Shown in pieces: positions 40,621 to 54,652 of a stretch of 64,000 bases of DNA. The DNA lies in NCBI GenBank assembly GCA_951406725.2, contig OX597820.1:75950001-76014000 (forward strand), in the 5' to 3' direction. The notes beneath the pieces are model-generated. The model ran no database searches. It had not been told where the DNA came from and saw only the letters and a list, made by a program, of their open reading frames with translations. The position numbers and the translations under genes are program-made. Source of the stretch: Octopus vulgaris. Its lineage: Eukaryota. How positions within the stretch are numbered: position 1 is the stretch's first letter; each line of letters starts with the position of its first letter.

Positions 40621-40877
40621 CATGATTTTTCTTTGAGTTTAATTTCTTGACAGAGTTCAGGATGGTCGCTAACAAAACAAGATTTTTAGAGTTGAGAGAG
40701 AGTTGCCGGTGTTTGTTAATATATGCTGAAGTTTGTGCATTGGTTAAACTGTCGGTGCATACACCCAAGTATGCGCATCTATTCACATAAGAACCTCAGA
40801 TGGAGAATTTTGGGAGAGTCTTGTAAAAATCTTCATTGTGCCACTAATAGATTGGATTTGGAAAATCAACATTAGTT

Positions 40878-40927
40878 TGTATGTATGTATGTATGCATGT
40901 ATGTATGTATGTATGTATGTATGTATG

Positions 40928-40961
<34 letters not shown>

Positions 40962-41190
40962 TGTATGTATGTATGTATGTATGTGTGTATGTATGCAGGA
41001 ATTTATGTATGTATGCATGCATGTATGTATGTATGTATGTGTGTATGTATGTATGTATGTATGCATGCATGCATGTATGTATGTATGTATGTAAGCATGT
41101 ATGTAAGCATGTATGTATGTATGTATGTATGTATGTATGTATGTATGTATGTATGTATGTATGTATGTATGTATGTATATCTGTATGTAT
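40878..41190. repeat. (TATG)n microsatellite
   Basis: Direct reading. Confidence 0.95.
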
Positions 41191-41199
41191 TAGGGAGTT

Positions 41200-41500
41200 G
41201 GGATTAATCGATCACATCTGTTCTAATGCTAGATTAATAGTTTATCAATCCTCAAAAGGAAGAAAGGTAAAGTTCACCCCGGCGGGATTTGAAATCAGAA
41301 CGTGAAGAGCTAAGAGAAACGCTGCGAGGCATTTTCGCTTGACGTGATACCAATTTTGCCAGTTCACCGCCTGAATCGCTGTTATAATATGCCTTCTAAA
41401 ATAGGCATAAGGACTGGGATCTTAAAGTTGAGTGTTAGCCGATAATATCAAGCCCAAATGCTTATCTGGAATTTATTTTATCGACCTCGTAAAGGATGAA
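41200..41500 (-). mobile_element. SINE family A, degenerate fragments
   Basis: aaaggtaaagttcaccccggcgggatttgaaatcagaacgt...gccagttcaccgcc; ttattttatcgacctcgtaaaggatgaa. Confidence 0.6.
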
Positions 41501-42431
41501 TAGTAATAAGCCGTTTTAGCCATAACCAAATAGTTTTCCAGCTGAAACGTCACAGGGACACAATGATTCGTTTTTATATGACGGTAAGTTGTGTGGTATT
41601 AGGAAAATTTGGTTGCTATTTTTAACAGTTCGAGAGACCAAGGAAGGCTGTCTTACTGGCCTGAATTTTTCAACTCACAGACGATTCTGCCAGCTTGCCG
41701 CCTTGATCGCGGGCATAATAATATTGTACGGTTACGTGTAACGATAGCCGCCAGTGAAGTAGCAGCCGTTACTGTGGCCTTGACCATGGTTATTGTATTT
41801 AAGGTGACAGTGACCGGGGTCAGAGTTGGTGTAGACGTTGGGAGGGGAGATCAGAGATCAGTAGATCAGGGACAAGAGAAGCTGGAAAAAAAATTAATAA
41901 ACACGAAAAATAAATGAATAAAATATAACGGGTCATGGCTGCAACATTGTCGAAATTGTATGAAAGATATTCACTAAAAACAAAACTAAAACATAATGAA
42001 ATAAAATAAAAGAAACATAGAAACGAAATCCTTCTCTCCCAACTCCTTCATCGTCTTTCACACTAAATTTCTATCTTTCTTTCCCTCAATTTTTCCCTCT
42101 TTATCGCTCTCTCATTATCGCGACACAACAGTGACAGACAGACAGACAGATGTCTGTCATAGCATTGTTGAATTAATTGCAGTGTATGGCCAGCAGAGAA
42201 ACACTCTATTTCTCTCCCTCCCTCCTTATCTCTCTCTCTCCCTCTCTCTCTCTCTCTTTCCGTTTTATTTATTTATCTATTTATTTATTTATTGTTTTCT
42301 TTCCTTTCGTTCTTTCTCTAATTTTTATTTGTTTCGAAATACTCGTGCTCCTGTTTATTGCAAATTATACACACTGTCAGTGAGAAATGACATTGATGCA
42401 CTGTCTCAGCTTCCCTTTGTCGTTATTTTCT

Positions 42432-42433
42432 AA

Positions 42434-42466
<33 letters not shown>

Positions 42467-42665
42467 CAGCAGTAGTAGCAGCAGCAGCAGTCGTAGTAGC
42501 AGCAGAGATGGTGCTCATATTGGTGATTGTAGTAACAGTAATGATGACGGTGGCAGTGTTGGTGGTAGAAGTAATAGTAGTAGAAGTGGTGATGGTGGAA
42601 GAGGTGATGATGGTTGAGGAGGTGGTGATGGTGGAGGAGGTGGTGATGGTGGGGAGGTGGTGATG

Positions 42666-42735
<70 letters not shown>

Positions 42736-42760
42736 TAGTAGAGATAGTGCTGCTGCTGCA
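42432..42760. repeat. (TAG)n/(GGT)n compound array
   Basis: Direct reading. Confidence 0.9.
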
Positions 42761-42824
42761 GACGTTGATGAGGCAAATGCAAAAGTAAAAAGAATTTCTT
42801 CCATATTTGGTAACTTTAAAAGAC

Positions 42825-42867
<43 letters not shown>

Positions 42868-43430
42868 AAAGAGAGAGAGAGAAGGAGAGAGAGAGAGAGA
42901 GAGTCTTGCAACGGGAGCAGGTCTGAGTGCGTTTGGAGCTTTTAGTCAGATTGCTCTAATGGGCCGGGGTTCAAATAAAAGATTCTCTTACTAGAACAGC
43001 TGTGTACCTCAGCAGGTTTATATCTGAAGATCACATTCCTCACCCCCAGTCGAAGGCAGGATTGAAAATAATGGCCTAAAATTATTCCACTCACTGCAGT
43101 TTGGGGAGAGGAACTGCACTGCACCTGTCTGAACATTCCACACAACAGCAGAAAAATAATTACGCAAAGCAGACATTGTTATGTGGTTCAGAAGACCGTT
43201 TAGAAGCTTGAAAAAGAATAAGTACAGGGGTGGATTTGTTCGTCCAAACCCTTCAAGGCAGTGTTGTGGCATGGCTGCATTCCGATGACTGAAACAAGTT
43301 AATAACAATGGAAAAGATACAACTCAGCCTGGATATACGGAATAATTGGACATTGCTTGAGGTCGACACCTCGACCTGTCAACCTCAGCTTCCAAACAAC
43401 TCTTGTAATCTCTGAACTGAGGCACTAGAG

Positions 43431-43591
43431 CAGCAATGAGCAATCTGCAGCCCGAGGAACTTTCTAACTAGCACGAGTATAAAATAAAAAAAATAAAAAA
43501 AACTTAGCTTGAATGTATTTTCGAGGTGCGGCCTGCTTGATGGTAAGTTACATTTAATGCGACGCTTTTCGAAATAGTCAGCCCATGCCTA
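43431..43591. mobile_element. 161-bp hAT (Charlie-like) MITE with perfect 8-bp TSD
   Basis: TSD cactagag at 43423-43430 and 43592-43599; imperfect TIRs cagcaatgagcaa / cagcccatgccta; 8-bp TSD with central CTAG is typical of Charlie hATs. Confidence 0.75.
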
Positions 43592-44091
43592 CACTAGAGC
43601 GTAGATATTGGAGCAACTCGTAAGACCAGGTCACTCAGATAAGGAGGTTAGGAAGGACTATGTTAACATATGGAAGAGTACAACGAGTGCGGACAACACG
43701 CATGATGTATCGGTTTTCTTGTGAGGAAATGTTTATTTTAAAGAAATGTAAACATCGATGAATGACCCTGATAACTCCCAGGTCAACATGGCCGCAAGCC
43801 ACTGCCAAACCCCAATAATTGTAACCAGTCTATGAAGATGACTGTATCTTCTTTCTTTCATTCAGTTTTCTTCTTCCTGACTTCCTTTTTTCTTTCTTTC
43901 TTTCTTACACTCTTTCCTGCCATCTATCTATTTATCTATCTGTATGTCTTCTATTTGTTTGTCTGTCTGTCTGTCTGTCTGTCTATATCTATATCTATCG
44001 ATATATATTAGCTTTTTTCTTCCTTTCTGTCTTCCTTCTTTCACTCCTTTTTCCGTCTTGCTTCCTCTCTTTCCTTGTTTCCTTCCTTCCT

Positions 44092-44125
<34 letters not shown>

Positions 44126-44579
44126 TTCCTACTCTTTCTACTATTTCTTTCTTCCTTCATTTAATTCCTTCTTCCCTTGCGTCTCCCATTCCTTCCTTCC
44201 TTCCTCCCTATCTTCGTTCTTTCCACTTGAACCCACCCACCCTACCTCCCGCCCTCTCTCACTCCCTCCTTCCTATCTTTCTTTAATTTTTCATTACGTC
44301 TCATAACAATTCATTGATTCATTATACGAAAAACTTCAAAAATTTGTTGAACTTTTTTTTATCGACATTCTGCTGTCCATATTCGTATGATTCGTATAGT
44401 TTCAGTGATTCCTCTTCTTCTTCTTGTACTTATCATATGTTCAACATTACGTTTTCTCATTTTCTTTTTCTTCCAACTTTCTCGTCCAGTAAAACTTCTT
44501 CGTAAGATTCTTCATGTATTATTCACACTTTTGGTTATTGGTCGCTACACATTGTGACCCAGTCGAACAAGTCTTTCTT

Positions 44580-44643
<64 letters not shown>

Positions 44644-44953
44644 ATTATTTTGTGTAACACATATTCATATGTGTAAATGCATGTACATTTACATACATAT
44701 ACATACACACATACATATGCCTATGCACACGTATATATATAGTTATATATATATTGTGTCTACATATATACGTACGTATGTATGTAAGTGCGTAGGCATA
44801 CGCATATATGTATATACATATTGGTGATGAAACTGTGTGCATATGATTATCTTATTTAACCGTCTGTAATCCTCCTATTAATTCAGTCATATATATATAT
44901 ATATGTGTGTATGTATGTAAATACATACATACATTTACATACATACACACACA

Positions 44954-45005
<52 letters not shown>

Positions 45006-45037
45006 GAGGATAATTTTATATGTAATTTCGTGAAAGC

Positions 45038-45106
<69 letters not shown>

Positions 45107-45337
45107 TAGCATGTATGTATGTGTGTATATATGTAATGTATGAAGAGTGTTTTTCTGGGTCTTTTTCAAATTCTATTTTATTTCTATTTGTTTAGTTAAT
45201 TTTTTGTTATTCGCCATTTTTCTTTAAAGTTTTGCCCCCGGTAATGACATGGAATTGAATTAATTTCATTGATAAGCACGTCGCTTTCGAAGAGTTCTTT
45301 CGTAGCTACGTGGCCTGGCTGGAGTATGGATTGCTTG

Positions 45338-45440
45338 TTGTTTGCACAAGTAGTTGGTCTGTCTTCTGACTGGCTGGATTGTTTGCACAAGTAGTTTGTG
45401 TGTGTTCTGATTGGCTGGATTATTTGCATAATAGTTGGTC
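45338..45440. repeat. 41-bp minisatellite, ~2.5 copies
   Basis: ttgtttgcacaagtagtt...ttctga[c/t]tggctgga starting at 45338, 45379, 45420. Confidence 0.75.
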
Positions 45441-45751
45441 GCTACATTAGTTAAATAAGAGGACGAATACTTAAACTTACGGACTGACTTAATGATTTAT
45501 CGTGATTGGTCACGTTGAGTGATTGTTAAAATGGCTGCCTGACATGTTTGGATAGGTTTGTGCCATGGTTCTGTGTTTCTTTTACTTTCCTGTACTTAAT
45601 TTAGTCTTTGGTCTGCGGTCATACTGGGGCACCACCTTAAAGGGTGTTTGCGAACAAATAGGCCCCAGTTTTCGTTTTAAGTATGGTACTTATTCTATCA
45701 CTCCTGCGCCTACTTACCACTCCTGAATGTAATTTTGTCATTTTTGTTAAG

Positions 45752-45940
45752 TCAACGAGCTGACAAAATCGTAAGTGCCTCGGACAAAATGATTTACGGC
45801 ATTTCTTCTTGTTCTTGACGTTCTGAGTTCGCATTCAACCGAAATCGACATTGCAATTCAGCAGTGGGATCGATGTAATCGATTTGCCTCCTTCTCTTTG
45901 CCTGAATTTTGTTGTCCTTTTAGCAATAATTGAAGCCATT
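45752..45940 (+). mobile_element. SINE family A, degenerate
   Basis: cgagctgacaaaatcgtaag...acgttctgagttcgcattc...gggatcgatgtaatcga. Confidence 0.6.
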
Positions 45941-46521
45941 ATTTAAGGTGATCTTTCCAGATAGAAAATGATTGATTAATTTAAAGAATATTCAACCAGC
46001 TGTATCGAATGTCACAGGCAACTTTCATCGCCATCACAGTCATCATCATCAACTCCATCCTCATCACTGTCATCACCGTTATCCTCAAAACTCGTCGTCA
46101 TTGTTCTCTTCGACATCGTCGTCGTTATCATCATTGTCCACCCACATTTACACCTCTCATCCCCCCTCACCATCAGCACCACCACCACCACCACCACTAC
46201 CATCATCATCATCGTCGTCGTCTTCTTCATCATCATCATCGTCATTAACTCCATCACAACCATTAACACCATCAACATTACCACCGTCATCTTCAAAATC
46301 ATCACCGTTTCTACATCATCGTCGTCGTCGTCGTCATCATCATCTTCCACATCTCCTCTTCCTGCTCCCTCTCCTCCTCATCATCTTTCCCCCTCCTACT
46401 TACCATCACCACCATCATCACCATCATCGTCATCATCACCATCATCACTACCACCATCATTATCATCATCATCATCGTCATCATCATCACCACCATCACC
46501 ATCACCACCACCACCACCACC

Positions 46522-46555
<34 letters not shown>

Positions 46556-46824
46556 TTGCACCGTCATCGTCGTTGTTGTTACAGCTACCAAAATCCTCAC
46601 ATTTCTTCAAACATCATTAACACCAATCTATTTCATGTCCTCATTATATTTCTTTGCTTGTCATAATCACCCAAGAAAATTCCTCCGCCTTCAATTTACT
46701 ACCAAGTGTTCTTGTTGACGCGTTCTTGGCACCTTGTTCGATTAATAGATTCACACGTGCGTGAACAGGGGTTTTGTTTCAACCTCCTACAATGCTACAG
46801 AATAGATACAAGATTTTAAGTTAT

Positions 46825-47033
46825 ATCTTTTACTTGTTTCACTCATTAGACTGCGGCCATGCAGAGGCACCGACTTGAAATGTTTAGTCGAACGTACTGA
46901 CTCCGGTATTTCTTTTTAAGCGTGGTATTTATTCTGTCTGTTTCTTTTGCCGTAATGTGGACGGTAAACACAAGAAAACCGGTTGTCAGTCGGTGGTGGG
47001 GGACAACCACAGACAAAACACACACACATACAC

Positions 47034-47035
<2 letters not shown>
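46825..47035 (-). mobile_element. SINE family B, 3' half
   Basis: cttttacttgtttcactcattagactgcggccatg...ccggttgtcag...ggggacaaccacagac. Confidence 0.7.
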
Positions 47036-47094
<59 letters not shown>

Positions 47095-47100
<6 letters not shown>

Positions 47101-47180
47101 GAAAGAATGGAGTTGAACGACGATTTAACAAAATAAAGGAATTTTGTTAAATCGTCGTTCAACTCCATTCTTTCATTTAT
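47095..47180. repeat. Perfect 40-bp inverted repeat with 6-nt spacer
   Basis: ataaatgaaagaatggagttgaacgacgatttaacaaaat-aaagga-attttgttaaatcgtcgttcaactccattctttcatttat; starts immediately after (TA)n. Confidence 0.95.
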
Positions 47181-47328
47181 TTGTATTAAAAAACACACAA
47201 ATTTCCACACGAAAGCACGTGATCTCTGCTCTTGGCATGTAGCTTCAACCGTGTTTTTCTGACGTGAATTTGCTACCCAGGTATCGGTTAAGCGAATTAT
47301 CCATAATAAGATAATTCATTCAACTACT

Positions 47329-47360
<32 letters not shown>

Positions 47361-47507
47361 CTGTCTTGTTCCTTGGTTTGTGTCTATGTTTTTCGTCTCT
47401 CTATGTGTTCGACGTCTTTTTGGTGTCCTGTACACATATATGCGTGTATATGTACATGTAGAGGTAGGTACGTACATATATGTTTATATATATGCATATA
47501 TTTTATT

Positions 47508-47558
<51 letters not shown>

Positions 47559-47862
47559 ACATACATATATATTACTACCAGCTCGTTGCCTTTATGTCGT
47601 TTATAATAATGAAAATCTTCATTTCCTTGTGGAATAGTTTATGGCGGATTTTCCCCCCAAAAAAATGAGTGGCTTAAGGAATAAACCCTACAGAAAATCT
47701 GTAGGGAGAGACCGTAAGGCCGTTATGTACGGTTATATTTGTCCAATATCTAGCATCCTGTGCGGTTCCATGGATACAGCCTACGGAATTTAACTCGCCT
47801 TTTTTCTGATCAAAATATAATTAAATTGTGTGTGTGTGTGTATGTGTGTGTGTGTATGTGTG

Positions 47863-47931
<69 letters not shown>

Positions 47932-48364
47932 TACTTGTGTAGCTATAGAGCTTATAGAAACAGTAGTATATGAATCCCGCAGGTGGTCTTATACATATTT
48001 TGCGTATGCTACTTGCAAACACACATACATACACATAGACATATACAGATACAAAAACATACGTATATATTATACATGCATATATATATACATACACACA
48101 CATACATACATACATACATACAAACATACATACAAACATACATACATACATTAATTAGATTGATAGACAGACAGGCATGCAATATATATGGATACAAACA
48201 AACAGATATGCAGACAGACAGACTGACTGACTGGCAGGTAGGCAAACAGACAGTCAGGCAGGCAAAGAGATTGACAACTATACCGATAGACAGATAGAGA
48301 GACAGACAGACAGATAGACAAGCAGGCAGGCATACAAACTGAATGCCATATATATAGAGAGAGC

Positions 48365-48372
48365 TAGATAGG

Positions 48373-48426
<54 letters not shown>

Positions 48427-48428
48427 CT

Positions 48429-48485
<57 letters not shown>

Positions 48486-48500
48486 CGACAGACAGATAGA
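48365..48500. repeat. (GATA)n/(GACA)n microsatellite
   Basis: Direct reading. Confidence 0.95.
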
Positions 48501-48921
48501 CAACAGACTAAAAGTATACAAGAATATATATTTACACAATTATGTCAGTTCCACTATATTACAGCTAATTCATTATATCGACAGAAGAAAAATGCATGTC
48601 AAAAATTTGGAACCAGATGGGATTTGCACTCAAAACAAAGAAGAAATCGATCGATCTTGACGGTATGTAATCTGTCCGCTCTTGACTCGAGCATTATCTT
48701 AATATATAGAAATCAATAACGATTGTAAAACGCCACAGTAATTGCATCTTAAACGCTGTTGACATGCATACTTATAAAACTACATATATGTTGGTTTTCT
48801 CTCTCCTTCTTGTTCTCCAATAAACAGAGAGTGAACGCTGAATGCCATTGTGTTTACATATAATAATATTGTGATATGCTTGTGTTTAGTCTACATGTCT
48901 CTCTCTTTACCTCTTTGTCTA

Positions 48922-49019
<98 letters not shown>

Positions 49020-49208
49020 AGAGACAGACAGAGAGATGTGGGAAGAATACATTGTAACCATCTCCTTGTATATTAAGGCCTCCCTTCGCTCTTTTATTTT
49101 CCCAGCAATACGTATTTTTCTTAAATCACCTCCAGGCCTTACACTTCATTTAGCTATCGTTTTTCTGCCATTATATCATGAAGACAGCACTGCCGCTACG
49201 GCCAACCT

Positions 49209-49617
49209 CTCTTTACTCTCTTTTACTTGTTTCAGTCATTTGACTGCGGCCATGCTGGAGCACCACCTTTAATCGAGCAACTCGACCCCGGGACTTATTC
49301 TTTGTAAGCCCAGTACTTATTCTATCGGTCTCTTTTTGCCGATCCGCTAAGTGACGGGAACATAAACACACCAGCATCGGTTGTCAAGCAATGCTAGGTG
49401 GACAAACACAGACACAAAAACACACACACATACATATATATATATATACATATATACGACGGACTTCTTTCAGTTTCCGTCTACCAAATCCACTCATAAG
49501 GCTTTGGTCGGCTAGAGGCTATAGTACAAGACACTTGCCCAAGGTGCCACACAGTGGGACTGAACCCGGAACCATGTGGTTGGTAAACAAGCTACTTACC
49601 ACAAAGCCACTCCTGCG

Positions 49618-49619
<2 letters not shown>
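49209..49619 (-). mobile_element. SINE family B, full-length, well-preserved copy
   Basis: Best-preserved copy; all blocks present from ggcgcaggagtggc head to (gtaaaagag) tail. Confidence 0.9.
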
Positions 49620-49670
<51 letters not shown>

Positions 49671-49790
49671 CTTTTATGTACATATATGTGTGTGTGTGTG
49701 TTTGCGTGTGCGCATGTGTGTATGTATAGACATAAATAGATAGACAAACAAACAAACAGACAGACAGACAGACAGATAGATAGATGGATG

Positions 49791-49868
<78 letters not shown>

Positions 49869-49944
49869 CACATATTTTTATACAGAAACACAGAGAGATA
49901 CGTATTTGTTGTGTCCATGAATATATATATATATAACTCTCTCA

Positions 49945-50078
49945 TGCATCAGATGGCGTTTGCTAAAAAGCATCCGTGAGGTAAAACCGTGTAGCAAACC
50001 AAATGGCGGTGCCCCAGCATGGCCACAGCTCATTAGCTGAAACTGGAAAAATCAAATCAAAATCAAAATCAAAAATCA
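49945..50078 (+). mobile_element. Isolated LINE-type 3' tail ending in (ATCAAA)n
   Basis: ggcggtgccccagcatggccacagctcattagctgaaac plus tandem atcaaa; upstream sequence is not SINE B body. Confidence 0.5.
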
Positions 50079-50099
50079 TATATATATATATATATATAT

Positions 50100-50459
50100 A
50101 CAGGAGTGGCTGTGTGGTAAGTAGCTTGCTAACCAACCACACGGTTGCGGGTTCAGTCCCACTGCGTGGCATCTTGGGCAAGTGTCTTCTGCTATAGCCC
50201 CGGGCCGACCAATGCCTTGTGAGTGGATTTGGTAGACGGAAACTGAAAGAAGCCTGTCGTATATATGTATATATATGTATATGTGTGTGTCTGTGTTTGT
50301 CCCCCTAGCATTGCTTGACAACCGATGCTGGTGTGTTTATGTCCCCGTTACTTAGCGGTTCGGCAAAAAGAGACCGATAGAATAAGTACTAAAGGTGGTG
50401 CTCCAGCATGGCCGCAGTCAAATGACTGAAACAACTAAAAGAGTAAAAGAGTAAAAGAG
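50100..50459 (+). mobile_element. SINE family B, near full-length
   Basis: caggagtggctgtgtggtaagtagcttgct...ggtgctccagcatggccgcagtcaaatgactgaaac then (taaaagag)x3. Confidence 0.9.
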
Positions 50460-50465
50460 TATATA

Positions 50466-50499
<34 letters not shown>

Positions 50500-50742
50500 C
50501 ATGTATGTATGTATGTATGTATACATGGTAAAATAAAATAAGATATTATAATGATATATTAAGATATTACGATATATCAAATGAATTCTAATAGAGGTGG
50601 CCCTAGCAATTAAACCAAGAAGGTAAAATTAATAAATGAGGATGCAAAATAGCACCTGTAATTGCTTAAAATGAGAGCTATATACGCGCATACACACATA
50701 TACATAATATTTCCACACGTATGTATATATGTGTGTGTGTGA

Positions 50743-50781
<39 letters not shown>

Positions 50782-51189
50782 TTGCATACATACATATATA
50801 TACACATACACACACATATATATATACACACTCACATATACATTATGCACTACATGCTTATATACATACACATATATGTGAGTGTGTGTGTTTTTTGGCT
50901 GGTAGTGCATGTGTGTTTATGTGTGTGTCTCATTGGATGTCAATGTGTGTATACATAGGAGCAGGTGAATGGATTGATTGTGAAATACTCTTCATATTAA
51001 CCTTCAATCTTGAATTGGTCTGGTCAACAAGTACCATGATCCCAGTATTTATCAGGATAAGGACATATAAGGAGCTATTTTCTCTTAAATGAACAGTTAA
51101 AGACCTGAGTGGCCTCCTCCGCCCTGGATCCGAAGGCAATTCCTTGATACGCTAATTAATCCCCCCACACACAAAAATACACACACATG

Positions 51190-51357
51190 GTTATACGACG
51201 AGCTTCTTTCAGTTTCGTTTTACGAAATCCGCGCATGAGGCTTTGGTCAACGCGTGGCTATTGTAGAAGACACTTGTCCAAGTTCTCAAGCAGTAGGACT
51301 GAATTCAGAACCACGTTGTTGGAAAACAAGCTTCTTAACACACAGATACGCCTGCGC
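51190..51357 (-). mobile_element. SINE family B, 5' half
   Basis: tatacgacgagcttctttcagtttc...agacacttgtccaag...cttaacacacagatacgcctgcgc. Confidence 0.7.
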
Positions 51358-51962
51358 ATCTTATGGAAATTTTAGGAAACCCCCTCCTCCCCAACAAAAC
51401 TAGTTTAAAACCTAAATAACGTCTATGAAAAGATTCAACAGAAAAGTGCTCAAGTGTTAAGTAGTAATTCATTGTGACAGTTCTTGACTAAGTCATCTAT
51501 TGAACTTCTAGTGATTGGCCTAAGCAGGTCAATTGATTTATTTTAAAAAGCATTAGACGAAAGATAATGCGGGGGAGGTTGGGGGAGGGAAATGAATAAC
51601 AAAACAAGAAACACAAATAATGGCGGAATCGCGGTTTATTTGTATGTTGACTTCGTTTATGTCTTTTTTTACGATTTGTTTTATATTTGTTACAATTTGT
51701 TTTATTTTATTTATTCATTCACCTATTTACCTATAATTATTTTTGTTGCTTTCGTTGATGTTGTTGTTATTATTTTTCTTCTTCTTCTTCTACTTCTTCC
51801 TCTTCCTCTTCTTCTTTTTCTTCTTATCATCATCAACATCATTATTATTATCTTATGTTTGACTTTTGCTTTACATTTCTACAAGTTAGCTCCAAGTCTC
51901 ACCCAGAGACCTCAAGAGACAACAAGTTGGAAGTTCATGTTAGTGTTTAAGAAACGATTATA

Positions 51963-52044
<82 letters not shown>

Positions 52045-52049
<5 letters not shown>

Positions 52050-52343
52050 TAGTTTTATTTTTATAGCGTGCTTTCACTTCACTACCGAGCGCAGCTCTGT
52101 GTGCCTTGGGTATGTGCTGTGATTTGTTGTGATGCTCTGATGGTTATTGTATGGAAAGTGTTCTGCGTAGGATGTGTGCAGTGCCTAGTAGTGCAATTTT
52201 CTGTATGTTATATGTGTTTGTAAGTCCTGGTGTTTTTGTTATGTATTTGTCTGAATATTCTTTTATCATGCCAATGCACCTACTATGATAGGAATTGTTT
52301 CTGTTTTCAGATTCCACATTCTAGTTACCTCTATTTCCAGGTC

Positions 52344-52348
<5 letters not shown>
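52045..52348 (-). mobile_element. R4/Dong-clade non-LTR retrotransposon 3' end in (TAA)n array
   Basis: Reverse translation KDLEIEVTRMWNLKTETIPIIVGAL/(frameshift)GMIKEYSDKYITKTPGLTNTYNIQKIALLGTAHILRRTLSIQ* (stop 52144-52146), typical RLE-domain C-terminus; (TAT)n on both sides. Confidence 0.85.
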
Positions 52349-52378
<30 letters not shown>

Positions 52379-52395
52379 TATTACTATTATTATTA

Positions 52396-52507
<112 letters not shown>

Positions 52508-52522
52508 CATCATCTCTTTATC

Positions 52523-52708
52523 TCAGGTTTTGTTGGAGCTGTTGGAGTCTTGCATGGGTAACAGACTTACTACCTGTAGCTTACGGTACCATGTTATTCG
52601 TTCTTTTTGTCTATCTAATACTTTCCTGATTATTCTGGCCGTGCCAAGGAGGCAAACCTTTTGTAACAATTTTAATGGGCACTCTATTCCAGTTTCCTTT
52701 ATATTCCC
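52523..52708 (-). mobile_element. Second, divergent R4/Dong-type 3' end
   Basis: Reverse translation GNIKETGIECPLKLLQKVCLLGTARIIRKVLD..., containing the QK..LLGTA.I.R terminal motif; flanked by TAT-rich arrays. Confidence 0.75.
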
Positions 52709-52761
52709 CTATTGTTCTTCTTATCATTAATATCATTATTATTTTATTATTATCAAACCCC

Positions 52762-52895
52762 TTTCCGCCGGGGTCGACTTATCCTTTCATCCTTTCGGGG
52801 TCGATAAATTAAGTACCAGTTTCATACTGGGGTCGATCTAATCGACAGGCCCCTTCCCCCAAAATTTTGGGCCTTGTGCCTAGAGTAGAAAAGAT
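52762..52895 (+). mobile_element. SINE family A, 5'-truncated
   Basis: ttccgccggggtcgacttatcctttcatcctttcggggtcgataaattaagtaccag...gggccttgtgcctagagtagaaaaga. Confidence 0.85.
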
Positions 52896-53011
52896 TATTA
52901 TCAGACCCTTGTAGCCAATAGAAAAATTATCCCCTTCCTCTACATTATCATCATCTTCGCTGTTGTTACAATTATTGATGTTATCATCATCATCATCGTC
53001 GTCGTCGTCAA

Positions 53012-53131
<120 letters not shown>

Positions 53132-54064
53132 TATTATTATTTCCCCCACCTTTTTATTTTATTTATCTATTTATTGTTCTTTTATCTGCCAATGATGAAG
53201 CTTAAAGCCACATGTGTCTGCAGATAAGGTCATCAGATAGTAAAATAAACTAAAAAAAAATGCAAACACAAGAAAAAAAAACAAAGCAAATGAAATAAAA
53301 AACAAAAATGTAAAATTATAAAAAAATGTAATGGAATATTTCATGTTGATTTGATAGTAACAATTAAAGAATATTTGAAGAGAAAGGATTTTCCCGGAGA
53401 CGTTCAATGTTCTCGAAAGAAATCCTTGACGCCATGATGGATTTTGTTAAATATTTTTTCAGTAAAGATGTCACTTCATCAATGTGACTTAGCTTAGTAC
53501 AGTTTTTTTTATTGGTTGATGATTTTCATTTCTACTTTACTAGTTTCTGGGCTATTTTTTGTATTATATTCTTTTCTTAACATGTTATTCTATTTCTAGA
53601 TTGAAAATACGATTCCCTCTCGTAATTTTTTGGTTTGTTTTAGTCGAAATTGTTAAGAAATAAAAGACATAATAACAGGTAAACTCCTTTATCATCAGTC
53701 AATCTTAATCCTTGACGGACAATGGCTAAATTAAATTAAAAAAATAAATAATGGAAAATAAAGGATAAAAATATAAAGCAAAACAACAATGTCCTGAAGT
53801 TTGAGAGGCTTTTGATTGTGAAGAGAGAAAGATATCTTAAGTTTGGCAATCGAGAACCATCAAACAAATATGGCTGATTTGTATAATCTGAATATTGGAA
53901 AAGGTGAAGAAAAAAAGAGACGACAGCAAAAACAGCAGTAAAACGAACGAAAAATAAAAACGAACGAAAGAAAATAGGTAAATGTGTTATGAAGGAGATT
54001 GAAAGAGAGATATATAGAGAAAAAAAATTGACAGCGAAAAGGGGTGAGAGAAAGTGAGACAGAA

Positions 54065-54096
<32 letters not shown>

Positions 54097-54420
54097 GGAG
54101 AGATAAGTTAGTATGGTGTATCTGTTGTGAGTGTTAGTTGAAGATGAAAGTAAAACTAGAATTAAAATGTAGATGTGGGTGGTGGGGAGGAAAAATACTG
54201 AAAAATAAAGGAAAAATAGAGAAAAACTAAAAATAACCTCTAAGCAGTAAGAGAGCTGTGTGTGATAAAGCGAAAGGTAAGTGCCTGTATGTGTGTTCAT
54301 ATATATATGTGTGAGTGTATGTGTGTGAGTGAGTGTATATGTGTGTCTGTGTATGTATATGTATGTATCTATTTATATATACGTATATATATATGCATAT
54401 GTGTGTGTATATATATATAT

Positions 54421-54532
54421 AGGGAGAATTCACAAAAAACAAAGGAAGACAGGTGGTGTAGACAACAAACAGATGTATTAGTATAACGCTCGGGAAGTGA
54501 AAAAGTCTTGAACGTTTCGAGCCTACGCTCTT
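54421..54532 (-). mobile_element. Second copy of the 10500-10666 TA-flanked repeat; 3' half of hammerhead motif only
   Basis: Minus strand aaGAGCgtagGCTCGAAACGTTcaagactttttcacttcccgagcg...; CUGANGA core absent. Confidence 0.7.
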
Positions 54533-54564
54533 AAATGCATATATATGTATATATATGTGTATAG

Positions 54565-54652
<88 letters not shown>

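Noticed and set aside
45972-46718. 248-aa His/Ser/Pro-rich ORF
   Set aside because: (CAT)/(CAC) microsatellite; no splice or domain support visible
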